Assembly: GCA_903813345.2 (NCBI GenBank)
Contig: CAIIXF020000001.1
Coordinates: forward strand, 20,584,001 to 20,648,000
Source of the DNA: Owenia fusiformis
Taxonomy: Eukaryota
DNA: 64,000 bases
Reading direction: 5' to 3'
The notes below the pieces were generated by a model, which was given only the letters and a program-made list of their open reading frames with translations, was not told where the DNA came from and made no database searches. Positions 50,420 to 63,121 of the stretch are shown in pieces (the first letter of the stretch is position 1; each line of letters starts with the position of its first letter). The translations under genes and the position numbers were made by a program.

Positions 50420-51696
50420 AGGCCCACTTTGCGTAATTTCAACATTCTTCATAGTATTTCCAATGTATTAATAAGTATTTTATCTTTCATTTGACATCAG
50501 AAAAAGCTCAAACGGCCCAAATCAAAGCTTCCAATAAATTATCAAGATTTTACCGATGTCATTGGAAGATAGCAAAGTTTTTATCACACAATCCATTAGT
50601 ATTCATTAAACTGAAATGTCGCCATCTTTTCAATCAGAAGTTATTTAAATCGTGCACTGTTTCAAATATGTGCATGCACTACTTAGGATCTCTGAACTTC
50701 AAATGGTGTTTTCTACGTGAGTTATTTTTTTCTTGGTTTAATATTAATGCAAATCAAACTTTGTATCATATCCAATTCTCCCTTTCGCGGTTCGCTCTTT
50801 GAATCAGAACGTTCGCAAATATGTTCTGAAAAAGCACTCAAAAAGGACAAAATTTGATTGGTCAATATTTTCCCACTATGCATTTCGCGTAGCTATTTGC
50901 GTGACCCGAAAGTTCTAAATCAAAGTAATTACGCAATTTTGTTTTTACACCCGCACGCTAAATAAAACAATGACACCATCGGAAGTATTCTTCTTTGTCA
51001 TTGCTTTAATAGTCAGTATACCGAGTTTAATCAAAAAAAGATTGTACAATGAACAACAAAATTCGTAAACGAGTACTATAGATTTGCTTTCGGACCACTG
51101 AACAGATTGACCTAGATAATAGCGACGCGTCTTCTTTGGTCTACTGCTCAGTTGTTTGTGGGTTTTCAACGTAACTCTTTAATGTAATTTGAAGATGAAT
51201 ACTTTTATTCAGTCGTTGCATCGATGTTGCAGTTTGTAGTGCGGTAAGATTGGCATGAAAGTATTGAAAGTCGAATTGAATTGTTTTTTCCAATATGGCG
51301 ACTAGTCAACTGATCACGTGACCTTCTCTTCCGGAATATTTTCTCACTTTTCAATCGTCGTTTTCACCACGGTATGAATCAATACAATGAAAAAATAGCT
51401 ATTATATTAAGATTAATAAGAGATCAATCGTTTCTAAAAAAAATTTCTGTACTCTCGTACGGGAACTATGAACGAATATATCGTTTGAAAAAATGGTGTG
51501 AAAATCCCCATGTTAAACCTATGAGGGAAAACAAGGAAGTATAAATTTGTTCCTCCGCGAACTGCATCATGGGAAATATTTTGACCTTATAAGGAAAGAT
51601 TTTCGCGTCTCCTCTTTTGAAGAGGGAACAACGATTTCGAGAATTGAGTGTGTGAGTAACAGTTCTTTTTTATTTTAAATTAGGCAAAGTGGGCCT
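50420..51696. mobile_element. Kolobok-like MITE carrying a nested insertion of about 860 bp (about 50778-51641)
   Basis: TTAA|AGGCCCACTTTGC...GCAAAGTGGGCCT|TTAA. 50420-50775 and 51645-51696 align (reverse) to the 40659-41158 copy; the intervening sequence is extra and flanked by AATT. Confidence 0.7.
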
Positions 51697-52774
51697 TTAA
51701 TAAACGCCCATCCATCTTTGAAAAAAAGTTTTTCCCTCTCAATAAAGGCCCATGGGCGTATATTAAAAATTCAAATAAACACTCTATGCAAAATCCGTGG
51801 GCCTATTTGTTAGAAACTCCGGTCTGACGCGTTTTTAACTCTTGAATGCATGTCCAGTGTTATTCTAATGAAGATTTCAAAATGTTTTTCAACTTTGACA
51901 CCATTTCTTTTTATATCCACATAAAAATCCTTGAAGCAGATTCAGTATTTGCACATCGCTTTCGTAACACGAACTCAATGATGCCAAAATATATTAGCTC
52001 TTGAAAATCACCCTCGAGGAGTTTCCATTCGTGCAACGACAGCGAGGTTCAAAGTCTGATGTTGTAAGGTATATGAGTCTGTCACCAATGGAAAGATTAC
52101 TCCAAACATTTTATACTCTCTAGTCTTTGCTGCCATTTTAACCACAATCTCCACATATATGAAGGACATATTTTAGTTTACCATGCTGAACATCTTTTTG
52201 TACGAGAGAGTGCCCTCTATGGACTTTGAATGCCTGTCTCTATCCCAATAGACCATCGGTATTTGATGATTTAAACTGAGAAAGAATATGACAATGTGCA
52301 GCGGCTTTTACATTTGTACAGTTGTTCATCATCAGATATCAAGTATGATCAGGGATTCGATATTGACAATGATAATTTTGTTACCTTTACCCCTAAAAGA
52401 TCGCTTTCAGTTGTTCAAATACATAGGACAAGACCCGGGGGACTAGACTACTGTATACTTAAAAAATATGCATTGCATTAGTCTTTTTCCATCCATTTAG
52501 CTATTGTGTACCCTTTGCATTAGTGTGTGAAAATTCTCGTCTTTAGAACTAACGCAAGCGCTTGTCAGCAGGCAGTAGATGTTTTCATCTGTAATTGTAT
52601 ATCTTTGGGATGGTGTATTTCTTTGCCCAGGGACGCGTTTTCCTTATTAATACAGCAATAGTATAGGTTATCACCTATCCTTCCTTATATCAGAGGTCAT
52701 TGCGTATTGTTAATATTTTCAAATGGCTACATGTGCCTTTCTTTAACGAGGGTATGGTCGATGGGTTTAAATGT

Positions 52775-53125
52775 TTAAATATTGAAAGAGATCATGCGTC
52801 TTCTAAGGTGCTTTGCATGCGTCTTTTCCAACGGGCCTTGCGTTTTCTTAATCCAAGGGGGCCTTGCGTTTTTTTTAATCCAAGGGGGGCGTGCGTTTTT
52901 TTTAGTCCAAGGTCGTCTTGCATATGCCATTATCCAAGGAGGTCTTGCATCTTTCTTCTCGGCCGAAGAGTGTTCGAGAGATATGTTCCAAGTATCATTT
53001 AGCATTGAGATAGCGTCAGCCTGTGTAGATTTCAACTTCACTGAATTTACTATGAGAGAGTTACTCAACTGCAAAAAAGGTGCAGTTATTACCATGATGA
53101 CAAATGCCATGAACCATTCCATCAT
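52775..53125 (-). CDS. Putative secreted peptide precursor with KK-flanked (D/N)ARPPWI repeats; may be a pseudogene 5' end
   Basis: 116-aa intronless ORF: hydrophobic N-terminus MMEWFMAFVIMVITAPFLQLSNS, then KK-DARPPWI..ARRPWT-KK-NARPPWI-KK-NARPPWI-KK, encoded by 27-nt repeats at about 52833-52958. Confidence 0.5.
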   Translation of the reverse strand: MMEWFMAFVIMVITAPFLQLSNSLIVNSVKLKSTQADAISMLNDTWNISLEHSSAEKKDARPPWIMAYARRPWTKKNARPPWIKKNARPPWIKKTQGPLEKTHAKHLRRRMISFNI

Positions 53126-53759
53126 TATTTTTGTTGGCGTCCTCTGATGACTCGGACTTACCAGTGCAGAATTACCAAATGCATGCAGAGCTCATAGATA
53201 TACCCTTTGACTAAAAACAATCATCGTTTTATTACCCTTTGATGATTCAATTTCGAATTTTATATCTGCATTACGTTGCAATAATTATTACGCGTACCAA
53301 AATAACGTTTTATAGTCTAATCACAAACATATGATAAAATATCCATCAATATAAAAAGCAAGTCCATTATTTCGTATGGTTTTACAAAATTATCTTGTCA
53401 TAACATGACATAATTATATGCACAAAAGCATAGCTAGAAATGACTTTATTACTCCGGAATTTCAGGATGAAAATTCAAGACATCGTATTTTATTTAGATA
53501 GAATAGAGGTAATTATAAAACAATCATAATTACTTTTAACAGATATGAACCTTAACGTAGGCTGGAAATCTTTTAAATTAGTACCGTGTGTTTGCCAAAC
53601 AGTCGATACTAATTAAATAAAAATTAGAATAAAAAGTATTTTTGGTGTCTACAGAAATAATTGCCTGGTAGTCTAATGTTGTCTCCAGTAAGAAATTCCA
53701 GCCCCCCCCCCCCACTCTCTTTGCACCAGAGAAAAAAGTGTAATCAATGCAGAAATATG

Positions 53760-53876
53760 CAGGCCCGTAGCCAGGGGGCGGGGGGTCGATAGATTTTGGA
53801 CCAAAATTGTCAAAAGTGAACCCCCTGGAATCAAAGAGTGACCCCCCCCCCTTGGCAAATCATGGCTACGGGCCTG
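53760..53876. mobile_element. Tiny hAT-like MITE (CAGG termini), apparent 5-bp TSD
   Basis: CAGGCCCGTAGCCA...TGGCTACGGGCCTG flanked by ATATG on both sides. Confidence 0.7.
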
Positions 53877-54454
53877 ATATGATTTTGAGTTCTGCCGTCA
53901 TTAGCATGATAATGTATTCACTTTTTGGTAGTAACACATGATTTAATAAAGCAATCAAATTTTCAAAAATATTTCTGTGCTGTTAATTTTGGAAAATACA
54001 CTCTTTAAGGCCTTTAAGGGGTTTGATTTTCATGTCGGACATTCTATGTTCCTGTGTCTGTGATATATCAAGTAGAATAAACGTATAGTAAGAACTATCC
54101 CGGCAGACGTTTTATTTATACAAAATGATGTCCTTAGTCCAAGTATACTCCAAGGCTCAAAGAAAACCTGGACCCCAGTAATTAAATTCCCCGGGTCCTA
54201 CATCACTAATATTTGCTTTTTCGTCAGTGACAATTACTCCTGCATCTTTACAAATTATTCCCAATTTTATATCTTCATATAGAAATTTAATATGTTCATT
54301 TCATTTATGTACTTTTGATTCTTATACTCCTTAATATTTGCATGATATATCGTGCTAATCTCATCAGCAACTCCAGGTAATTTGCAAAGATAATGAACAG
54401 TATTTTAAAAGTCGAAGGGAGTAAGATGTATAAATTGAAAAGCAAATTTATCGT

Positions 54455-54975
54455 GTGATCAGCCAATCACGAAATAGCTTGGAGAGGGGGTATAAAGAAT
54501 TGAGTGAATTGGCCAATATCCCGACATACTTGCTTTGTGGATGAACGTAATAAAGGATTGGCTACGAGAAGTTAGAAGTAAAATTTGATGCAAGATTGAC
54601 TAGAAAATGCAAATCATATTGAATGAATGATATAACCAATCGAAACAGCATATAATGGACTATACTCTCCCGAGATCCTGACGCTGTACGTTATCAGGAA
54701 AGGGACGAAATCTGGGATTAAATATCTTATATTTTGGCGTTGGAATCGGACCAGACAGGTTGTTTTAACAAGGGACGTGGCCGAGTCACGTGGTATGATT
54801 CAATTTAGGACTATTTCAATTGTTTTTATTGTTTAACTTGTGCATATTATTGCTATGATCTATGCAGTTTGTTTCAATGTTTGTCATATATTCAGAGAAA
54901 TCATGATACTCGACAGCATCAACCCGAAAACCGAGCAATGAAGTCATCATTTCGCAAGAAAGTCACGTGCTTTGA
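54455..54975 (+). promoter_or_regulatory. Probable KANSL1 promoter
   Basis: CCAAT boxes at about 54462, 54513, 54557 (reverse) and 54636; TCACGTG E-boxes at about 54786 and 54963; locally raised CpG, 0.4-0.9 kb upstream of the first coding exon. Confidence 0.5.
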
Positions 54976-55473
54976 AAACCCCACATTTCCCCCTTCACAA
55001 TATGTAACTATGATTATTGTGATTTTGCCCTTTATTTTTTGCTTGCTTTTTGATCTTGCTTTGTCGTGGCAATGTCCATCACATCACTTTCTACTGTTGT
55101 CAAACTGTCTGAGCAGAAGAACTTAACGATTTACTGGATCATCACGAGATATGATGTAAACAAATATTCAGCAAATGACACATCCCTTGCAAAACAATAC
55201 AGATGACAAAACAGTTGTTTGACAGTGAATTCTGACTGTCAAAATTCTTTTAGTTTAGTGTAAAGTGAAACATTTGTGTTTATTTTGATGAATTATCTCT
55301 ATGTGCTTTCAAAATTGTATATATAGATCTAATTTTAATGTTTAGTGACACAATTTATGTATTTTCAGATTCTGATTGTGTAGATTGCGATCTCAGCAAG
55401 GACACAATCAGAGGCAGTTGGATAGAAATGCATGTTTAGTCCTCTATCTCTGAGGCTATGTTGCATAGCCGTG

Positions 55474-58400
55474 ATGGCTCCCGCACTGACGGAAACAGCT
55501 ACTTCGCACTTGAAACTGCAGCCATCATCTTCTATAGTGGAAAGTCCTACTGAAGGGGATTGCCACTCTCCATCCACCATTGCATCACATCGTCTGAACA
55601 ATAAAATTGCGCTGATTGGTGTCAAATCTCGCATTCTCCAAAACAGACTTACACACATTAATTCAGAGTCATTATCAGCCATTAAGTTCCCACCCAAATT
55701 ACTAACTCCAGGCCTCCAGACAAGACTCGCATCACTGTCTGAACTGTTTCCTCCTAACACAGAATCGAAGTTCATCATCCAGGATTTCGAATCTGCGGAG
55801 GAGAGGCCAAAATCACAGTTAATTGCTATCCAAAGCAAAATGAACAACCTAACAACTAATGGTCGTAATGGAGATTCAACTACATTGGTACCTGAAACTG
55901 TTAAATTGGTGAACAAACTCAAAGGTCAGCAAATGGGTTTGATACCAACAGACACAAGTCAGTTGAATAAAACAAATTGCACAAACAATGGTGTACCAGG
56001 TCAAGCCAGTGAACAACAAACTGCAACCTCATCTGCTCAACCTTGTTCAAGTAGACCGTTAGCTAGTAGCTCAATATCCCAGTCTGAAAGCTCAGATTCC
56101 TTGCTACCAACTGATACCTCCTCTTCAAGTAGAACATTACCAGACACTAAAGTAAAAGATCCAGAGCCAGTGGACACAAATGTACAGATGAAAAAACAAC
56201 AACAACACTTAGATAAAAGAGCAGAACGCCTAGCCAAGCGTATTCGAAGATTGCAGTCCCATCAAACTATTACCCATGTTCGTACACAACTATCTGGATT
56301 TGTAGATAATCAACATAAAAATTTAGAATGTATGGCCAAAGCTATCAAAGTTCCCCCAAGTAACAATGCAGATCTGCACTCAGAACTCCTTATAAATGAA
56401 GACATTAAAAATTTATCAACGGCAGCACTTGTTAATTTAGTTAGAAGGTTGCAATCTCAACAAGTAACATTGCGGCAAAGGCTGACAAACACTCATACCG
56501 GGAATGAAAATAAAGAAGTGGTGAAACTTGATGAAGAGACATGCGCTGAAGCAAGTCGAGTCTCCTCAAATCTTACAGAAAGGCTACGGCATCTTGAATC
56601 AGAGTTAGACTCTGATGCAACAGATGAGAGCTCTGGGGGAGAAAGCTGTGATGAAGATGAATTCTTCGATTTCGAGAAACGCCCTACTATACCATTGTAA
56701 GTAATCTTGCTTGCATTGAAGACAGTTTACTTGCCAGAAACTTTTTGGATTAAATACACTGCCATATTGCCATAGAAACAAATGGTTTTAAAATAAGGAT
56801 TATCTGTGATTTTGGAGTGTTTCTGGCAAGGGTCTGTTGAATTTAAACCTTGAATATTCATATAAATCAAATGTGTTACACTACTTGTTAGATTAAAGAT
56901 AATGGAATTGAAAACTAACTCCTTCCCCTCCTCACTGGATAATTCACCTATTTCAGCATCCTAGTTTTTCCTCTGCAGGGGTGATCAATATCTTATCCTT
57001 ATCTGAGATTATAATGCTTATCTCAGTGATATCATGATTTGTTCTTAATGTCTCTGATGGGATAATTAACATATCATTTAGTTGGACAAACACCAGTGCT
57101 AAAACTGTTGCTGTTGAGAAGTATGACTTTGAATGATAATTTGGTGGAAGGAATGAACACTGTGAAATGAATATATTTACTCTATCTTTGTTCTTTTATT
57201 CTTTTTCGATGGGTCAGTCTTATTTAACCATTGGCTTTCTATCAATCAATCATTGATATCTGTAATGAATTTGAATGAAGCATATTACAACAAATTTGTA
57301 GCTTTATTTTGGGAATGATAATTATTAAAAGGAATCATCGTTAAAGTTTCTGATTCATTGTCATATTTATTTATTTATGACTACTGAGCTCATTATCTTG
57401 CATATGTTAATAAGATAATGTTTACTAAGGTTGCATATAAATTCATTTTTCGAAATATCATGTCAGCTATTCAGTCGTGAACAACTTGTTTGTTGGAGCC
57501 ATTGTTTATATAGACATATACCAGGTACATGTTATGTGAAATAATTTACAATTTCTGTATTATTTGTTAAGGGGTTGATTGCAGCATGTATGACAAAGGT
57601 CATTGTGCCATGTAACTCCTTTATGTGTAACTGTTCAAAACCTGTTAGCACCTGTCACATTGTTTCATAGGATAATATGTTCAAATTGCTATGAAAATAT
57701 CTTTAAAAATATACTTATCAATCAACATATTTTTATTAGTTTTATATTTATTTGAAATTATGGTACATTTGGAATTTATTGATTTTTATGTCACCACCAA
57801 AAGTGGTGACATATTGTTATGGTCTCCGTTTTTTTGTGACGGCGTCCGGCGGTTGGAGGTTGGCGTCCGGCGTCTGTAACAATTTCTACAACTTCCTATA
57901 ACTTAACAAATACTGTTTAGACTGACTTCAATTTTTTTCTAAATCATCTACATGTTCTCAGAAGTTCAAATCTGACTTTAGATTTGACATTTGACCTTCA
58001 ATGACCTTCTCAAGGTCAAAAAGGTCTTTTTTCAACTTGCTTCACATTGACTAAATTTTTTTTCAAAATCATCTACATGTTCTCAGAAATTCAAATCTGA
58101 CTTTAGATTTGACATTTGACCTTCAAATCTGACTTTAGATTTGACATTTGACCTTCAATGACCTTCTCAAGGTCAAAAAAGGTCAAAAAGGTCTGTTTTC
58201 AACTTGCTTCAAATTGACTAAATTTTTTTTTCAAAATCATCTACGTGTTCTCAGAAATTCAAATCTGACTTAAGATTTGACTTAAGATTTGACATTTGAC
58301 CTTCAATGACCTTCTCAAGGTCAAAAAAGGTCAAAAAGGTCTGTTTTCAACTTGCTTCAAATTGACTAAATTATTTTTTCAAAATCATCTACATGTTCTC

Positions 58401-61400
58401 AGAAATTCAAATCTGACTTGAGATTTGACATTTGACCTTCAATGACCTTCTCAATGTCAAAAAAGGTCAAAAAGGTATTTTTTCATCTTGCTTCAAATTG
58501 ACTAAATTTTTTTTTCAAAATCATCTATATGTTCTCAGAAATTCAAATATGACTTTAGATTTGACTTAAGATTTGACATTTGACCTTCAATGACCTTCTC
58601 AAGGTCAAAAAAGGTCAAAAAGGTCTTTTTTCAACTTGCTTCAAATTGACTAATTTTTTTTTCAAAATCATCTACATGTTCTCAGAAATTCAAATCTGAC
58701 TTTAGATTTGACATTTGACCTTTAATGACCTTTTCAAGGTCAAAAAGGTCTGTTTTCAACTTGCTTCAAATTGACCAAATTTTTTTTTTCAAAATCATCT
58801 TCATCTTTTCAGAAGTTCAAATTTGACCTTACAAGTTCTCAGAAGTTCAAATCTGACTTTAGATTTGACCTTTGACCTTCAATGACCTTCTCAAGGTCAA
58901 AAAGGTCTTTTTTCAACTTGCTTCAAATTTACTAATTTCTTTTTCAAAATCATCTTCATGTTCTCAGAAGTTCAAATCTGACTTTAGATTTGACATTTGA
59001 CCTTCAATGACCTTTTCAAGGTCAAAAAGGTCTTTTTTCAACTTGCTTCAAATTGACTTAATTTTTTTTTCAAAATCATCTACATGTTCTCAGAAGTTCA
59101 AATCTGACTTTACATTTGACCTTCAATGACCTTCTCAATGTCAAAAAAAAGTCAAAGAGGTATTTTTTCAACTTGCTTCAAATTGGCGAATTGGTATTTT
59201 CAACTTGCTTTAAATTGACCAAATTGTTTTAGGTGGTGACATTTTGTCATGTTAATGCCTTGTATATTACTTTAAATTGGCCAGAATGTAGTATTTACAA
59301 ATATATAAAATCAAAATATAAAATATAACTATACTTAATTATATTATTCCATGTTTGGTTAGATTTACTATATATGGTTAAAATTTGTTGGAAACAAATA
59401 GCCAGCCGGTCTGGAGTATTACCCAGATTTATTACTAAGAATTGGTTAAAGTGATGTCATTAGTGGTTTGAGTTTGGCTTGATTATATAGATTTTTCTGA
59501 ATGAGTTTAACTGGAGCATTGCCAGTTTATTTGTGGAAGTACATTTACATTTATAAGATCAAATAATATTTGACTGTTTGTACCACTTCCACATTCTAAT
59601 CCAATATATATGCATTTCCATTTAATTGTATACTTTATTTTAGAAAACTTAAGATTTTTACAATACATCATTCATTCAAATATTGTTACCATTTTTATTA
59701 GGGAGAATTTAAACATCCCCCCATTTTTCTAATAACTTCACCAATTTATAACATATCATGGATCTTTTGGGAGATATTATATTGAGATTGTAAGGAATAT
59801 ATTAATAGGTCAATTGTTACCCATACGCAGAGTCTAGTTATAAACTACCCTCAGCCTAGTATAGACTATATTACAGTTTAGCAGCCCCCCACGACGACTG
59901 GTGCCTGTGACAGCCCAGGTCATAAATCATTTCAAACTTACCACGCTGACCTTTTCTCAACCAATCGGTGAATTGGAAGGAACACACACTAAATGCGTTT
60001 TCGATGAAGACCTCTGACTGGCTCTGTGAGAGATTTATTGTAAACTGAAAGAGTAAAGGGGAAGCTCTCTTTTAAGAAGTGATGTCGAACGGATGCAAAG
60101 GGTAGTCAATTGTACATATTGCTTGTAATTTTGTCAATCCCTATAGACCCGATTCTGCGTTTAATCTATCTTATCAATAATTTTGGTTTTATACCTGTAT
60201 CATACTAACTTTGAATATGTTTTCCATCTTGTATGAGGTAAAAATGTGATTTTAGTCATTGGCTGTTCTTTCAATATCTAAGCACATTATAATTGTTACT
60301 AGATTATGTGAGGTTTTCTCAACAAATAAATACCATATGGTTTTAGCATCTGGGTTCTAACATTCAACATATAAACATCTTTGAGATCGGTAAACATTCA
60401 AGAGAATCTCTATATAACTTATAAATGTCTATTGTGAATGTAGGTCTGGAATGAAAGAAATTTCATTGATAACTACTCTAGTGAATTGAAGTCTTATGAA
60501 AGATCATGATGAACTGTTATACTCTATACTCTATACAGAGACCAGATATACAAACAACTTCTAGTTTTCTGATCATTGAATCGAAAACTTCTATCACCAT
60601 ACTTATTTTCATGCAAAATTAAGGAGCGTTTAAATTAGTTTAAAAATACATAAATCTAATAAAGTATTTCTGTTAAGCAGTTTTTATCGTTAATTTTATA
60701 CTCTTAGGTACAATATGTACAGTGTTTCATTTTAACAGGCAGCATACCCAAGTTACCCTTACATTTGTAGAAGTCATTCATTTCAAAGAGTAATTGATAA
60801 ACTGTTCTTTACAGTCATATTAAAGCTTCTTACGTCAATGTTGTTATCCACTCCCTCTCTCCATATGATTCTGTCTTGTTATCAATAAACTCCAAGGTTA
60901 CTTTTATGTTGTTACTAATGAGTGCTTCAAATGTTACATATTTTGTTTATCTATAATTTGCTCAATAGTTATCATGAAAACCTATTTATTCATGACTCTA
61001 ATTTAAAATTTATTTATTATATATTTAATCTCAAATTAAAACATAGATTGTAAATTTATGGGAGGTTTAGTATTTGTTTTCACAGCTTGCCATGTTTAGT
61101 GTTAAATCTGACCTATACTTGTGTATGTTGATTACCAATATGTTCATCGTGGACTTTGGCCATATTATCACCTCAGTTGAGAAAACCTATATCTGAAATG
61201 TGCAGTATCAATAGGTTTATTGATTAGACTCGATATTTGATATACAGAGTATGGTGATACATGAAGTCCTTAGCTGACTGATTCTAATATTTAAACATGT
61301 GGAGGGTACATTCTTGAATTGCCCCCCTCCAGTCAATGTAGAATTAGCCACTGCATATTCATAATGAATTTTAAGCCCTGTATACAGTATAAATAAATTT

Positions 61401-63121
61401 TCTATCGTTTCAGTTGTTTCAATTGTTTCAATCAGTTCAAGTTTCAATGCTTACTTGCATCATTTCGAGCATTTCAATCAATTTGCCTTTGAAATTAATT
61501 TAACATTTCACTGTTTCGCCGTTTTTAGCATTTCAATCAATTCGCCTAAGCTGTTCTCACATTATCTTTCATTTCAACTATTTCGGCCTTTTCACCCCCC
61601 CCCCCCCCCGCCAGTGTATACACCCCTTTAGGCTGGCAGTCATATTTTAATCATACTGCATTATAATTTGTCATGCAATTGTAGAGTTGCCAGTAATGTT
61701 AATTTGCAATAAGTAACCTAATTCAATTGCCCAGAATCAATGGCATGCATTAATAGTTTTCAAGGGAATCATTCTAGTCGAAGTAGATCATGAGATGTTT
61801 TTTGTTTAATGTCATACTATGCCATAATACTTGAGGCCACGAAAACATAGCTAATTAAGTATATTTGCCCATGTAAATTAATGAAAAGTTGCCTCAATTC
61901 TGATTTATTAGTCTCTCATTATCTGACCTTTTTGATAGAAACTACATACCTTCAAGAGATATCGAAGTTTGGAGACACCAAAATGAGTCCCCCAACATGA
62001 AGAATTTTCAAAATTAGCGTACATGTACTCTTAATATATAAAAAGATGTAAATTATTTTCTTTGTCCTCAATGTGTTTAAGTACTTTGAATATTCCAAAA
62101 TCCAAAAAGTGTAAAAGTAGTTATCATGCATATGTGCATGATGTTCTCATTTCATCTAATGTCTGTTCAAAACATGTATTTATTGATCTTGATATTGTGT
62201 TTTGATATGGATTTTTAGATCGTTGATCTCTTTCTATACTTGCTATCAATATGTTTTTGTTTCTTCCATGTATGCACCATATTATATCTGCTCCAACCTC
62301 ATATATTTTTGTTTATTTCATGTACAGACAAAGGCGGGCAGAGTGGAAGTGGGCAGTTGATCGGGCAGCCATTGCCTCACGGTGGACCTGGCTCCAGGCT
62401 CAAGTATCTGACCTAGAATATAGAATACGGCAGCAAAGTGACATTTATAGGCAAATACGAGCAACTAAGGGCTCAGTTGTTCTTGGAGAATATACACCAC
62501 CTGATGATTTACTTCAAGGCAAAGCCAAATCAAACAAAAAATTATCTCCTTTAGAAGCTAAAATTGCCAATCTTGAAAGACAGAATGAATTGTCTCCGTG
62601 TAATATATCAACGCTGCTCAGCAATGTTGATAAGCAGTCTACGAAGCTGACTCAGTCATTAGGTAATGTCTATTCCCCTGTACAATGTTCTAATAGGGGT
62701 CGTAATCAGACTCCACCTGCCAAACCTATCAATGGAGTAATAGACCCTGGATCCTCACAGTCTAATCCAACACCTAGCATAGACACTACAGATAGCAAGA
62801 CCCCAGCAGTAAACCCCCCATTAATAACAGTAGGAGATGCATCCCCTTGTATTGATAACACTTGCCAATCAGCACGGTGTCGACCAGTGCGCAGCTATAG
62901 AAAACGGAAATTGCTACGAACTGCGGGGTTGCATCAGTTAAATCGTAAAGCAGCGCGGGCATCTACTATAAAGTGTCAGTGCTACCCACCATCTACCCCT
63001 TGTGCAATGTGTGGGGGAAGGTACAACAATAAACAAGCTATGGACTCTGACAACATGCCATTAAATGAGAGAGTGGGCCTCCTTGATCCAGCGTTCCATC
63101 CAGTACTCTCATTCTCACAAG
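55474..63121 (+). CDS. KANSL1: KAT8 regulatory NSL complex subunit 1, first two coding exons; continues beyond the window
   Basis: Exon 55369-56696 with MAPALTETA (ATG 55474; in-frame upstream ATG 55432) and DSDATDESSGGESCDE. Exon 62328-63121 with RRAEWKWAVDRAAIASRWTWLQAQVSDLEYRIRQQ, the WIN-like SARCRP motif and FHPVLS. Confidence 0.95.
57784..59264 (+). mobile_element. Helentron/HINE-like element (family 1) with a central tandem array of about 10 units of 125-145 bp, in a KANSL1 intron
   Basis: TTTTATGTCACCACC-AAAA-GTGGTGACATA stem-loop, GGCGTCC microsatellite, array at 57890-59220, and 3' GGTGGTGACATTTTGTCATGTTAATGCC. Confidence 0.85.

Noticed and set aside
52700-53147. Plus-strand ORFs 52700-53002 and 52782-53147
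   Set aside because: Antisense shadows kept open by the 27-nt repeat; only the minus frame has a signal peptide and synonymous-type variation.
55365-56237. Minus-strand ORFs of 185 and 66 aa
   Set aside because: Antisense to the KANSL1 exon with no independent features.
57890-59220. CRISPR-like or coding interpretation of the tandem array
   Set aside because: Units are contiguous with no unique spacers, there are no cas genes, the context is a eukaryotic intron, and HINE termini bound the array.
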